DNA of 63,742 bases, filler included. It is 8 parts of 8 records of this genome, joined end to end, with 100 filler letters (N's around TTAATTAATTAA, not from the genome) between each part and the next. Parts side by side here need not be neighbours in the genome. Positions count along the whole stretch, not along the records: positions 50,469 to 57,527 come from SRR31147125_3927; positions 57,628 to 63,742 come from SRR31147125_4048; 6 more parts are not named here. The stretch is one strand, 5' to 3'. Below the pieces are notes generated by a model. That model was not told where the DNA came from, ran no database searches, and was given only the letters and a program-made list of their open reading frames with translations. Position numbers and translations under genes: made by a program. Below, in pieces: positions 50,469 to 61,961 of this stretch (within the stretch, counting starts at the first letter, position 1; every line of letters starts with the position of its first letter).

Positions 50469-52234
50469 AAAAAACTTTCTACACCTTCGCCAACAACTCC
50501 TAACATTCTTCCAATTGTTCCGCCCGCGGCCTTCCAAGCACTTGGGCCAACAACCTTTACAGTAGTATGGGCAGCTGCATAACCACCACCAATACTAATA
50601 ACTTTATGAGCAGTAGATCCTCTTCGCAGAGGACGATATCCTGAAACTCTACCAACAAAATCAACAAATTCACCTGTTGCAATATTTCCCATTTCGTAGA
50701 CCGGAATAATTAAAGGCATTTCATATAGAAGTGGATTTGTTCCATATCTAGCCGCTGCATATAAATCCATACCAAAAAGAGTACTTAAAAAACCTAGATC
50801 AGAATAGGTTCGCTGCCTAGGACTCATGTTAGTTGCATCTTTATAGATTTCATATCCAGCAATCGTTCCAAAAAGCATAATGACCATATCTATTAAATCC
50901 ATTTGAAAATCGAGCCGAAGTCTTCTGCCAAACCGTACCTGGAGTTGCCCTTCCTCGCTGAATCATTAATCCTGAGTCAGGCATGGCCAAGGTAGGCAGT
51001 TTTTCACCTGTGGCTTTAAACTCAAGAACTCTAATACTTTCAGGCTGAACATCACCATTTAAAACACCTCTAACTCCAGTCGGCCTACCTTCCAAATCAA
51101 AGAATTCAACTCTCAAATCTTGTCCAGGCTTAATGTCTACATAGTCCTGCAAATAACGAATCGTTTTTCCTGGAGCAACTACAGACTGATCACCAAGTGA
51201 AAATCTAACTCCATTAGCAACAACCTCACCAATAGGTGCCAAACCTGGTGCATAACGCGCTACCCCTGGCAAATTATTATTGATTGGTAAAAAATGAATT
51301 CTGGCACCTTCTAAAGGTTGAGGAAATCTGGTAATACCGCCTAATGACGTTGTATTCACTGTTGTTATAACTTCACCAATTTGAGTAGTTTTGATTGGGA
51401 CCTCTACACCATCTAGAAAAACACGAACCTGAAATGGCTCTGCCCCCAGAACAGCACCAGGAGCTTTAACTATATAAGAGACAGGACCTGATATGGGCTT
51501 AAGCTGTCCTGATGACTTCAAGCTTGCTAACCGTTCATTAACAGCAGTAAAAAAATCTCCCGACGCACCTGTCGATTGGCTATGCATCATCAATTCAGGC
51601 TGACCGCCATTGACAGAGACATACACAACATCAAGCTCAACTATTTCTGCTCTTGGTAATTGAAAGACAAGTTCTGTAGGATTGGATGAAAACCCTTGAT
51701 TCCTCCTTAGGTCGTTAGCGGTTCCGCCAGGACCAGGTATCACAAAAGGTCTATAGCCATCACGTGAGGCTTTCATTGCTGCTTCCATAACATCTGCAGC
51801 AGTGCCATCACCACCGACAGAAATAACATATGGTGGACGTTTAGGGTTGAAGCTTCTTACAACATCGACAATTGCCTCAGTCCGCTTAACAGGGTTTGCC
51901 AGGGTCTCATGATAAATGATATCACCATCGATAATAACCTGCCCTGAGGAGCGAGCCCTGCTTAGCTGAGTATGTAATTCAGCTGCCGTTTTTGCACCTC
52001 TGCCATTTCCAGCCATTGGATTTGCTACTATGACTACGGGACCATCTATCTTCATTGGTGTGACCACTTGGCTCGAAAAATAGTGATCTAAAAAAAGGGT
52101 AATCCTGACGATGGGATAAGGCTTTCAACCTCTGGATCATCAGCTGGCAACACACACATCTCCTCGCATTCACAAGGACATGCCTCTAAAGAATAGTAAT
52201 CTGTAGTACATTGAACGGACTCACATTTTGTCAT
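50469..52234 (-). CDS. Diacylglycerol/lipid-kinase (DAGK) domain protein with a Cys-rich acidic N-terminus and hydrophobic C-terminal extension (probable indels near 52093 and 50870; 3' partial)
   Basis: NPMAG, ISVGGDGT and GGTANDL motifs. Upstream frame MTKCESVQCTTDYYSLEACPCECEEMCVLP joins by +1 T. Overlapping ORF 50469-50902 is the likely continuation. Confidence 0.65.
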
Positions 52235-52298
52235 GGGAGGTTTCTATATAAATATCGAGAGAAGATCAAGACGCATCACATAATATTTACCCAATACT

Positions 52299-52322
52299 AA
52301 AAAGGGGCTCTTTCGAGCCCCT
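52299..52322 (-). terminator. Intrinsic terminator of the SPFH gene
   Basis: Minus strand AGGGGCTC-GAAA-GAGCCCCT-TTTT. Confidence 0.8.
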
Positions 52323-52353
52323 GATAGTCTAAAATAATTTTAATATAATCTCT

Positions 52354-53181
52354 TTATTTGACGTTAATAAAGGGAACTGGGCCGCTACCTGTATACTGAG
52401 GCAATGTACCATTCCACTTGTCAATTGCCTTGATTTGGGCCTCAACTTTTCTGAGTTCGATCAACTGAGCTGAAACCGCTTCACGCTGAAGTTTCAATGA
52501 TTCTGCCTCAGCTCTTGCTCGTTCTATCACCTGAATGGCTTCCTTTTTAACCCTCTCAACATCTTTTTCCGCTTTCTTAGCCATCTGCTCAGCAATCTGC
52601 TTGTCTTCAACTGACTTCAAAAAATCAGGTGTAAACTCAAAATTAGTAATCGAAAGATCTGTTACGATAATTTGTTTTTCATCCAAACGTTCTTTAACAA
52701 CCTGATCCATTTCACTGGTAACCTCAGCTCGGTTTGAAATAATTTTTTCTGCTGAATATTTAGAGGTGATTGATTTTACGGCCTCTTGAGTTATTGGATC
52801 AATTACGGTTTTCACATAGTCTGGACCAAGGTTTCTATAAATAGAGACTACAGTACTTTTTTCAATTCTGTGGTTGATAGCCATATCAACTACGATAGTT
52901 TGCATATCATTACTGAATGCCGATGTTTTAATATCAGCTCTCTGAATCCTGATGCTGAATCTATCAATTTTTTCTACGAAAGGAATCTTGAAATAGAGAC
53001 CTTCTGAATAGGAATCAACAATCTTTCCAAGCCTAACTTTAATACCCACTTCACCAGGCTGAATTGTGAAAAATCCATCCATAGCAACAACCAAAACAAT
53101 CAAAGCTGCAACAATTAGTGGAATAAACTTTTTATACTTTTTGATGTAAAGCGCTATATCCTGATTATATACTTCATTCAT
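52354..53181 (-). CDS. Prohibitin/SPFH (band 7) family protein
   Basis: GEVGIKVRLG, EGLYFKIPF, SVEDKQIAEQ and AIDKWNGTLPQ motifs. Confidence 0.92.
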   Translation of the reverse strand: MNEVYNQDIALYIKKYKKFIPLIVAALIVLVVAMDGFFTIQPGEVGIKVRLGKIVDSYSEGLYFKIPFVEKIDRFSIRIQRADIKTSAFSNDMQTIVVDMAINHRIEKSTVVSIYRNLGPDYVKTVIDPITQEAVKSITSKYSAEKIISNRAEVTSEMDQVVKERLDEKQIIVTDLSITNFEFTPDFLKSVEDKQIAEQMAKKAEKDVERVKKEAIQVIERARAEAESLKLQREAVSAQLIELRKVEAQIKAIDKWNGTLPQYTGSGPVPFINVK

Positions 53182-53331
53182 ATTTAGAACTCCTTTTTTT
53201 ATTAAAACGTTGGATTGACCTAGTATAACAATTCAATCTTTTCGTATAGTAAATAATTATATCAAATTGACCAAGACGCTCCCAACCGCGTAAACACTCA
53301 AACAAGCGCACTAAGTCTTATAAATCTAAAA

Positions 53332-55161
53332 TTAAAATCCCTCTAACTTGCTATCAAACTCTGCTGATAGTTTTTCATGTTCCTTATCAACCATTTCTAA
53401 CCGTTCAAATGAAGCTTCAATATCCTCAGTGAACATCTTTATCTTTCTTGACAACTCCACTATATTTAACGAATCTTTACCTTGAGCCGCCTCCTCAAGA
53501 TCTTTATTTGCTGCAACCAATCCATCTTCTAGATCAATTATACGTGCTTCTAATTCTTTAATTTCCTTTTGCAACGGATTAAGCTTTTTTGTTCGTTCAG
53601 TTATTATGGCAGCTCGCTGCTGTCTCAAGAGTTTCTTCGAGGTTGAAGGTGCCTGTTTTTTTATCTGAACATCTGCTTCTTCCTGCCACCCAATTTTTTC
53701 AAGAAACTCATCATAACCTCCATCAAACCACAACACTTTCTTACCCTGAAAAACAAGCAGCTTTGTGGCAACTGAACGCAAAACCATTTCATTATGTGTG
53801 ACCAACACAACAGAACCTTCATAATTTTCTAAAGCTCTCACAAGGGCATCTATGGATTGAATATCTAAATGGTTGGTTGGTTCGTCTAGAAGCAAGATAT
53901 TTGTTGGCATCGCTATTATTTTAGCCAGCATAACGCGACTTCGCTCACCGCCTGACAGAACACTGATCTTTTTCTCAGCATTTTCGCCAGAAAACATCAT
54001 ACTGCCACAAATTGACCTTATCGCAGTTCTTCCTAGCACAGGATTTGAAGACCCTACCTCCTCCTCAACGGTGAACTTTGGATGAAGTTGATCTATATTT
54101 GTCTGGGCGAAATAGCCAGTTAATAAGTTTGGATGTTTTTTGATCGAGCCCTCTTGCAAGACGAGATCTTCATTCAAAACTTTGATAAGCGTAGATTTTC
54201 CCTTACCGTTCTTACCAATAATGGCAATTCGGTCTTTGGACCCAACTGTTACATTAAGACTATCAAACAAAGGCTCTTCAGGCTTATATCCAAACTTGAG
54301 ATTTTCTGCTTCAACAAACCTCTTTGCCGGCAAAGGATCATACTGAAATTTAAATGTTAAGTTAGCAATATTTGCCAAAGCCTCTTTCTTGGGAAGTTTT
54401 TCAAGTTTCTTGATTCTAGATTGCGCAGCTGACGCTTTTGTTGCCTTCGAACGAAAACGTTCAACAAATTGTTCCATGTGCTTTCGCTGTTTTTCTTCGT
54501 TTTTCCTTGTCTGCTCATAAACAGATTCATCCAACTCAATTTGAGCATAGAGTTTATCTGTACTACCAGCAAGCTTCCGCATTTTATGCCTATGAATAGC
54601 GGCACTATGCGTTGTTATACTATCCATAAACTCGCGATCATGAGAAATAACAATCAACTCATGTTTCCACTGTCTCAAAAAACTTACAATCCATCTGATT
54701 GACAAAATATCTAGATAGTTAGTCGGTTCATCTAACAAAAGAAGGTTTGGTTTAGAGACAAGTACTTTTGCAAGGTTCAGACGAACCTGAAAACCCCCTG
54801 AAAAACTATTCGGCGGCTTTGTCAAGTCTTCATTGGTAAAACCTAGCCCAAACAAAATTCTTTCAACTTTGTAATGATCATGTATTTCGTCAACGGGCAG
54901 ACCAAGACACCCTTCTTCGAGTAGGGTTGGCTTTGTAAAATTAAGATGTTGCTCTATATGCCCAATTTTATAATGAGATGGGACAATAATCTTTCCAGAA
55001 TCCGGTTCGGATTGACCTAGTATCATCTGAAATAGAGTGGACTTGCCACAACCATTCCTTCCAACGAGCCCAAGTCGTTCCCTTGGCTGCAACTGCAAAC
55101 TTGCTTCTTCAAAAAGAATCTGATTGCCGTATGATTTAGTAATATTATCTATCCGTAACAT
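53332..55161 (-). CDS. ABC-F family ATPase (YheS-like)
   Basis: Two NBDs (GRNGCGKST / FSGGFQVR / LDEPTNYLD and GKNGKGKST / LSGGERSR), no TM, C-terminal coiled coil. Confidence 0.93.
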   Translation of the reverse strand: MLRIDNITKSYGNQILFEEASLQLQPRERLGLVGRNGCGKSTLFQMILGQSEPDSGKIIVPSHYKIGHIEQHLNFTKPTLLEEGCLGLPVDEIHDHYKVERILFGLGFTNEDLTKPPNSFSGGFQVRLNLAKVLVSKPNLLLLDEPTNYLDILSIRWIVSFLRQWKHELIVISHDREFMDSITTHSAAIHRHKMRKLAGSTDKLYAQIELDESVYEQTRKNEEKQRKHMEQFVERFRSKATKASAAQSRIKKLEKLPKKEALANIANLTFKFQYDPLPAKRFVEAENLKFGYKPEEPLFDSLNVTVGSKDRIAIIGKNGKGKSTLIKVLNEDLVLQEGSIKKHPNLLTGYFAQTNIDQLHPKFTVEEEVGSSNPVLGRTAIRSICGSMMFSGENAEKKISVLSGGERSRVMLAKIIAMPTNILLLDEPTNHLDIQSIDALVRALENYEGSVVLVTHNEMVLRSVATKLLVFQGKKVLWFDGGYDEFLEKIGWQEEADVQIKKQAPSTSKKLLRQQRAAIITERTKKLNPLQKEIKELEARIIDLEDGLVAANKDLEEAAQGKDSLNIVELSRKIKMFTEDIEASFERLEMVDKEHEKLSAEFDSKLEGF

Positions 55162-55195
55162 TTCCTCAAACCTCGCATCTTTGTCTATTAATAGC

Positions 55196-55885
55196 CTACC
55201 TGAGAAGCATTTCAGCTACGGCTTCAGCATGAATTGCTGTTGTATCCAGCAATGGGATTGAAACATCTTCCTGCTTAACTAACAGAGGTATCTCTGTACA
55301 TCCAAGAATGACGCCGCCTGAACCTTTATTTGCTTGAGACTCAATTATCCTGATATATTCATCCCTTGTCTTTTCTAAAAACTTACCAAAAACAAGCTCC
55401 TCATAGATGCTCTTATGAACAAACTCTCTATCAGCTTCTTCGGGTAGCATGATTTCAATATCATATTTTGACATCACATCTTGATAGAAACCATCTTCCA
55501 TTGTAAACTTGGTTCCAAGGAGTGTCACCTTTTTTATGTCACGTTTTTCAAGCTCTTTAGCCGTAGCATCTACGATATGTAAAATAGGAATTCCTACCTT
55601 GTCAGTTATCTGATCTGCAATCTTATGAATCGTATTTGCGCATATAATAAAAAAATCTGAACCCGATTTTTCCAATTTTTCAACTTGTTTTGTTAAAAGA
55701 TCTGCCATTTCATTCCAGTTACCGCCAACAGCTTGCTGAACCAAAGTTTCAAAATCAAGACATGCCATATTAATTTGAGCAGAGTGATGGCCACCCTTCG
55801 CTTTTGAAACTATCTCATTAATTATTCGATAATAATCAATTGTAGCCTGCCAACTAACACTCCCAATCATACCAACAGTTTTCAT
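55196..55885 (-). CDS. Aspartate/glutamate racemase family protein (YgeA/RacX-like)
   Basis: ICANTIH, LLGTKFTME and ILGCTEIPLL motifs. Confidence 0.92.
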   Translation of the reverse strand: MKTVGMIGSVSWQATIDYYRIINEIVSKAKGGHHSAQINMACLDFETLVQQAVGGNWNEMADLLTKQVEKLEKSGSDFFIICANTIHKIADQITDKVGIPILHIVDATAKELEKRDIKKVTLLGTKFTMEDGFYQDVMSKYDIEIMLPEEADREFVHKSIYEELVFGKFLEKTRDEYIRIIESQANKGSGGVILGCTEIPLLVKQEDVSIPLLDTTAIHAEAVAEMLLR

Positions 55886-55950
55886 ACAAGCCTCCACAAA
55901 AAACTCAACGCCATAACATCATTTTATAATTCAAACTTTGATTGTCGCCT

Positions 55951-56020
55951 TTGTCATTCCTGCGCAAGCAGGAATCTAGTAAGAACACGAGATCCTCGTG
56001 TCAACGCACAAGGATGACAA
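55951..56020. repeat. REP/RPE-like palindromic element
   Basis: TTGTCATTCCTGCGCAAGCAGGAATCT...AGATCCTCG...GGATGACAA, with terminal TTGTCAT/ATGACAA and internal hairpins. Confidence 0.7.
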
Positions 56021-56059
56021 GATTAACTATCACGACATTAATTGAAATACTATGAATTA

Positions 56060-56410
56060 TTATGAAATGATTTTTTCTTGGGATTTGTTTATGGCAACTT
56101 CAGCCAAAGCTGCTTCAATCTCTTCTTCAGCATTTAGCGTTTTTGCACCTTCAAAAATACAATCAAATTCACGTTCTCCATTTTCATATTCGACAAGTCT
56201 GAAATGGCAGTCCCCCTTATATATCCCCTCTGCCAATGCAAAGCGAGCTGGCTTATCAGGGTCTAAAGCCTTGAACTGCTTATGCATATTATCAAGCTCT
56301 CCTAAAGAAAGAGTTCCTTCAACTTTTTTGGATTCGATATGAATTGTTTTAGATTTATCGCCAAAACCCTGTCTCAATTGATTAACTAATTTAAGTTTCC
56401 TAACCGACAT
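56060..56410 (-). CDS. Hypothetical protein
   Basis: 116-aa ORF with a purine-rich RBS, co-oriented with its neighbours. Confidence 0.6.
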   Translation of the reverse strand: MSVRKLKLVNQLRQGFGDKSKTIHIESKKVEGTLSLGELDNMHKQFKALDPDKPARFALAEGIYKGDCHFRLVEYENGEREFDCIFEGAKTLNAEEEIEAALAEVAINKSQEKIIS

Positions 56411-56627
56411 AGACTTCCCCTTCTAACACTAAAGAACTTCAAAGCAAAATACGGGCCAATGACGGCTTAAAGTAACTCGCGTAACTCATTGAATTACAAA
56501 GAATTTTAATCAGCGCCCCTAAAAGAGGTCTTTCATTCTGATAATAAGCGTATTCTTTGACGATCTAATAAAAAAAGGCACTCCAAAATGAAGCGCCTTT
56601 TCATATATCTCTTAGTATTATCAAGCC

Positions 56628-57527
56628 CTAACCATGAATTTTCTTTTTTAACTCTTCTCTGTACTCATCTAAATTCACAGGGAATTTTGCAACGCCTGAA
56701 TCCATTGCTGCTTTTGCAACTGCTACTGCTTCCCAATAAAGCACACGAGGATCCAAAGGTTTTGGAATTATGTAGTCTGGCCCAAATTTTAGATCAGCGC
56801 CGCCATATGCTTTTTTAACTTCTTCAGGAACAGGCTCTTTTGCCAAGTCAGCCAATGCCTTTGCTGCAGCAATTTTCATTTCCTCATTGATCTTTGTGGC
56901 AGAAACATCCAATGCCCCTCTAAAAATAAATGGGAAACCCAAGACATTATTAACCTGGTTTGGAAAATCTGAACGACCTGTTGCCATAATACAATCTGGA
57001 CGTGCCTCTTTTGCATCGGCTGGTAAAATTTCAGGATCAGGATTTGCCATTGCAAAGATAATAGGTTTGTCATTCATCGACTTAACCATATCTTTTGTAA
57101 CAAGACCTTTTGCAGAAACACCGATAAAGACATCAGATCCAACCATAGCATCTGCCAATGTTCCACCCTGCTCTTGAGCAAAAGCACCTCTATATGGCTC
57201 ATCTGCTGCACGGTCTTTTGTAACAATACCTTTTCTATCTGTTAGCCAGATATTTTCACGTTTGACACCCATGCTTTCAATCAATTTAGCACATGAAATA
57301 CCAGCAGCACCAGCACCTGAGAAAACTACTTTAATATTTCCAATATCTTTTCCGACGATTTCTAGTGAGTTCATCAAACCAGCGGCTGTGATAATTGCGG
57401 TTCCATGTTGATCATCATGAAAAACAGGAATATCCATCATGTCGATTAATTTTTCTTCGATGTAAAAACATTCTGGAGCTTTTATATCTTCTAAATTGAT
57501 TCCACCAAAAGTTGGTTCCAAGGCTTT
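56628..57527 (-). CDS. Malic enzyme (NAD(P)-dependent, short type), 5' partial
   Basis: [32 protein letters not shown] and [16 protein letters not shown] motifs; no PTA domain. Confidence 0.93.
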   Translation of the reverse strand, partial: KALEPTFGGINLEDIKAPECFYIEEKLIDMMDIPVFHDDQHGTAIITAAGLMNSLEIVGKDIGNIKVVFSGAGAAGISCAKLIESMGVKRENIWLTDRKGIVTKDRAADEPYRGAFAQEQGGTLADAMVGSDVFIGVSAKGLVTKDMVKSMNDKPIIFAMANPDPEILPADAKEARPDCIMATGRSDFPNQVNNVLGFPFIFRGALDVSATKINEEMKIAAAKALADLAKEPVPEEVKKAYGGADLKFGPDYIIPKPLDPRVLYWEAVAVAKAAMDSGVAKFPVNLDEYREELKKKIHG

Positions 57528-57845
57528 NNNNNNNNNNNNNNNNNNNNNNNNNNNNNNNNNNNNNNNNNNNNTTAATTAATTAANNNNNNNNNNNNNNNNN
57601 NNNNNNNNNNNNNNNNNNNNNNNNNNNTTTTTTCAGCCAGTCTGATCATTTTGATCAGTTTGACCTTGGCAGTCGGGTTTATCATCAAAATGATTCGGGT
57701 ATACAAACAGCTGGGATCGACACCGTAACCGATCGCACGCTGATGCGGATGATAAGCGCAATCGGAAACGGATTTAACATCCATCCCCTAAGGTGACATC
57801 AAAGTAGGTTGAACAGCTCCGAGGATACAAAAAAATCCAGGTATT

Positions 57846-59690
57846 ATGACACTATTATTCAGTTACAAATCTTTATATAAAAGCTATGGCGAAGATGCGA
57901 TCTTCGAAGACCTCTCCTTCAATTTCAAAGCAGGTGAACGCCTCGGACTTATCGGCAGCAACGGCAGCGGGAAATCGACCTTGCTCAAGCTGGTGGCTGA
58001 TATGGCATCCCCCGATGAGGGAGAGCGGTATTTAAAACAGGGAACCCGTCTGGTCTTCCTTCCCCAGGAAGACGATCTGGATCCGAATAAAACCATTGAA
58101 GAGACGTTGCTGGCACGACTCGAGAATGAGCATATCGATGATCAGGAAAAATTTCGACGGATCAAACGGATGTTGGGGAGGGGGAAGTTTGAGAAACCGG
58201 AGGCACTCTGTTCAGAACTTTCCGGTGGATGGAAAAAACGAGTCGCCATTGCCGAAGCCCTTTGTCTGGAACCGGACCTTTTTTTATTGGATGAGCCCAC
58301 CAACCATCTGGACATTAACGGGATTTTATGGCTGGAACAGATCCTCAACATGAGTGACTTTGCCGTGGTGGTGGTCAGCCATGATCGTTCATTTCTGGAA
58401 AATGTCTGTCACCGGGTCATGGAGATCGGTAAATGTTATCCCGACGGCTACATTGCGGTGAAAGGCGGGTACACTCATTTCATGAAACAGCGGGAAACCA
58501 CTTTGGAAGCTCAGCTGAAGCAAGAAGAGGTCCTCTCCAACAAAATGAGACGGGAGACCGAGTGGCTCAGACAAGGTCCCAAGGCAAGAACATCCAAGGC
58601 CAAATACCGGATCGATCAGGCGGAACAGCTTCGACTGGAGCTGGCAACGGTGAAGCACCGAAACCGGCAGACCGACACAGTGGATATCGATTTTCATACC
58701 ACAGACCGAAAAACCCGTCAGCTTCTCACCTGTCATAATGTCGGTAAACAGATGGGAGACCGATCGCTTTTCAGCGGCATCACCCTCAAGCTCATGCCCG
58801 GAACCCGACTGGGGCTCATGGGAGAGAACGGCAGCGGAAAGACCACCTTCATGAACATCCTTGAGAACCGACTCTCACCGGACGAAGGAAGTGTCAACCG
58901 TGCGGAGAATTTGAAGGTGGCGGTATTCGATCAAAACCGATCCCGGTTGGATCCGGAGATGACGTTAAAAGAGGCGCTAAGTCCTGCCGGCGATTCGGTG
59001 ATCTACAAAAAGAGAAGCCTTCATGTGGTGTCCTGGGCCAAGAAATTTCTTTTCACGCCGGATCAACTTGCTCTACCCATCCGACGTCTTTCCGGGGGAG
59101 AGAAGGCCAGAATTCTCATTGCCGAGCTGATGCGTCAGCCGGCGGATGTGCTGCTGCTGGACGAGCCCACCAATGATCTCGATATTCCCTCTTTGGAAAT
59201 CCTTGAAGAAAGCCTGCTGGAATTTTCCGGTGCTGTGGTGCTGGTCTCCCATGATCGCTTTTTGCTTGACCGCGTCACCAACGGGATTGTCTATCTGGAT
59301 GGGAAGGGCGGGGTCGGTATGTTTGCCGATTACCGGCAGTGCCTTCAGCAAACTAAAAAAAAGGACGAGAAAGAGAGGTCGACTTCATCTCATCCAAAAG
59401 CGAATCAGACGCCCCCCAACGAGAGCAAAACGAAAAAAGGCACGGCCTTCTCGTACAAGCACAAATTTGAGCTGGAGCAGATGGAAGAGAAGATTCTTGA
59501 GGCGGAATCCGAGCTGGAAGAGTATCAGGCCAGGACGGAAGACCCGGAAGTAATGGCAAATCCGGAAGAGTTGGCAAGCGTTTGTGAACTACTTCAAAAA
59601 GCGCAGGAAGCGGTGGATAGGCTCTATGTCCGGTGGGAAGAGTTGGAGAAATTAAAGGAAAATGGGCGTCGATCCAGCCACTATCATTAA
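57846..59690 (+). CDS. uup: ABC-F family ATPase, Uup-like
   Basis: Two NBDs, WLRQGPKARTSKAKYRI linker, C-terminal coiled coil ending LYVRWEELE. Confidence 0.88.
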   Translation: MTLLFSYKSLYKSYGEDAIFEDLSFNFKAGERLGLIGSNGSGKSTLLKLVADMASPDEGERYLKQGTRLVFLPQEDDLDPNKTIEETLLARLENEHIDDQEKFRRIKRMLGRGKFEKPEALCSELSGGWKKRVAIAEALCLEPDLFLLDEPTNHLDINGILWLEQILNMSDFAVVVVSHDRSFLENVCHRVMEIGKCYPDGYIAVKGGYTHFMKQRETTLEAQLKQEEVLSNKMRRETEWLRQGPKARTSKAKYRIDQAEQLRLELATVKHRNRQTDTVDIDFHTTDRKTRQLLTCHNVGKQMGDRSLFSGITLKLMPGTRLGLMGENGSGKTTFMNILENRLSPDEGSVNRAENLKVAVFDQNRSRLDPEMTLKEALSPAGDSVIYKKRSLHVVSWAKKFLFTPDQLALPIRRLSGGEKARILIAELMRQPADVLLLDEPTNDLDIPSLEILEESLLEFSGAVVLVSHDRFLLDRVTNGIVYLDGKGGVGMFADYRQCLQQTKKKDEKERSTSSHPKANQTPPNESKTKKGTAFSYKHKFELEQMEEKILEAESELEEYQARTEDPEVMANPEELASVCELLQKAQEAVDRLYVRWEELEKLKENGRRSSHYH

Positions 59691-60249
59691 AACCAGCCAT
59701 CATATTTCTTTGGAACTATCTATTTTGCGACTGACGTTCGATCCGAATAAAAAAAACCGCCTCACCTTTCTCTCAAAGGCCACCATGGATTGAATTTGAA
59801 TTCAACAACGAATTTTATACTTCTCTTTGCACAACAATATTTCTCGATATCATTGCCTTTTTGATACAGTCTGCGATATCGATTCAAAAAAAGAGGATGT
59901 CAATCCTCACTTCGAGTGATGAGCTGGCCAAAAAGTTCTTTTGAACGACCGGACTTGATCGTGGAGGCTGATCATTATTGGTTTGTGATCTATCGATCCA
60001 GGATCTCTTCCGAGAGAAACCCATTGACCCGTCACAACCAATACAATATATTGAAGCAAGCGACAAATTCAGACACTTGCCGCAATTTCAACCATTCATT
60101 CATGGAGCTGTTGTCATGGACAATCCGGCATTTTTTTCACGACGTCAATAAAAGCCTTCTCTCTTCTATAAATATTCGATTATCAAGATTGCAGCGAACC
60201 TGATCAACGCCCCAATAAAACATCTTTTTGATAAACCGATGGAAAAATT

Positions 60250-61870
60250 ATGACAAAAAAAACGCCCACCCTTTCCGCATGTATGATGGTCAAAAATGAA
60301 GAGGAGATGCTACCCAGGTGTCTTAACAGCATCAAACACATTGTGGATGAAATTGTGATCGTCGATACCGGTTCCACGGACAATACCATCGAAATTGCCA
60401 AATCATTCGGGGCTAAAATTTTTCACCACCCTTGGGAGAACGATTTCAGCAAACATCGAAACCAATCCATCGGATACGTTACCGGCGACTGGTTTCTCAT
60501 TATAGATGCCGATGAGGAACTTGATGCCTATCACCTCTCTAAAGCGGATATCCAAGCACATCTCAAGAAAGCGCCCAAAGCCCTCCACTGTTTCTTGATC
60601 AACCTTCTGGACAAAGACACCAAAGGAAATATCGCAACCGTCACCAAAAGTGCCCGGATTTTCAAAACCGGGGTGGGTGTGGAATATAGAGGTATCGTCC
60701 ACAACACGGCTTATTACCCCGGAAAAGTAATGGAGATGGACCTCCAAATGTTCCATTACGGATACGCTCTGTCACCGGAAAAAATGCAGGCAAAATACAA
60801 ACGGACCTCTTCGCTACTGTTGAAAAGAATCGATCTGGACCCAAAAGATTATGCCGCCTATTTCTATCTCTGCCAAGTGTACATGCAGATGAAAGAGCCT
60901 GTTCAAGCCATTGATTATGCCAAACAATGCCTTGATATTTTACCCACGGAAAAAAAGAGTGGGATCGATATATCATTTTATTACTCACTTTATCACAGCA
61001 TTGCCATCTCCCACATTGCGCAGAGTCAATACAAAGAGGCTGAAGCAATCGCCAGAGAAGGGTTGGCGCATCTTCATGATGAAATCGATCTTTACTATGA
61101 CCTTGCCTGCATCGGAATCTTCAGTAAGAACTTCGCCCTTGTCGTGGAGGGGGGAGAATTATCTGAGAGTTCTGGATGAATTTCGAGATACGCCACTTCG
61201 TGCCGGAACGCGTTTCATTTTCTCTTCTTCAAAGGAAATCCAACTGACCGTCGAATATTGGCTGATGACCGCTTACATTGCATATCAGCGAATGGATGAA
61301 GCAAATGACATATGGGAACGCAATAAGGAAGCGATGCTCCGGAAAGCCACATTTCAAAGAGAACTGCTTGTCAATTTAGAACGAAATGAGGCGTGGAATT
61401 TTATTGAGAAAGTTGTCTTTGATTTATCAGAGCATATCGAGCAAATTGAAGGTGAGAATCGGAAAACAATTTTCTCCCATCAAATGTTTTATCTGAGACA
61501 AAACGAAAATTTCGACATGCTTGAAACGGTCATATCATCCTATTTGGATATGACCGCAGATTACAATGATATACCGGAAGAGACCTCGATTATCATTGCC
61601 GAATTTCTTTTAAAACGGGAAATGGGAGATTTCTTTCTGGATATGACGCTATCGCTGTTCAAGAGAGCTCTTCCAGAAACCTTTACCATTATCGATACCC
61701 CCCAGGCCCTGGCAAAAGGATACCAACTCATTTCTGATCAACTCCCCCAAAATAAAAAGGGGGTGTTCCTCTCATCTCTATGCTTGAACATCGCTTGGGG
61801 CTTGACTGAAGATGTCAAGTACCTCGAAGGACTCACCGATATCTACAATCAACATAAAAACGAGCAGTAA
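60250..61870 (+). CDS. GT2 glycosyltransferase with TPR repeats (indel near the G-run at about 61150)
   Basis: SACMMVKNEE, DTGSTD, DFSKHRN, IDADE and HYGY motifs, then TPRs; continues in ORF 60911-61870 from ENYLRVLDEF. Confidence 0.85.
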
Positions 61871-61961
61871 CTCACACCGAGTCTAATAGATACAGTCTCG
61901 CCACATATTGAAATTAATATGCGGTGGACGGCACGACTTCAAAAAATTAACGGACTCCCAT

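Noticed and set aside
6179-57627. Seven identical TTAATTAATTAA motifs flanked by Ns, and ORFs running into them (ending in X...LIN)
   Set aside because: Artificial contig linkers. Cross-linker ORFs and neighbourhoods have no biological meaning.
57628-57784. Short partial minus-strand ORF containing CAYHP
   Set aside because: Truncated at the contig edge with no complete domain; cannot be supported.
59884-60203. Small ORFs in the uup-GT intergenic region
   Set aside because: No recognisable motifs or RBS; probably non-coding.
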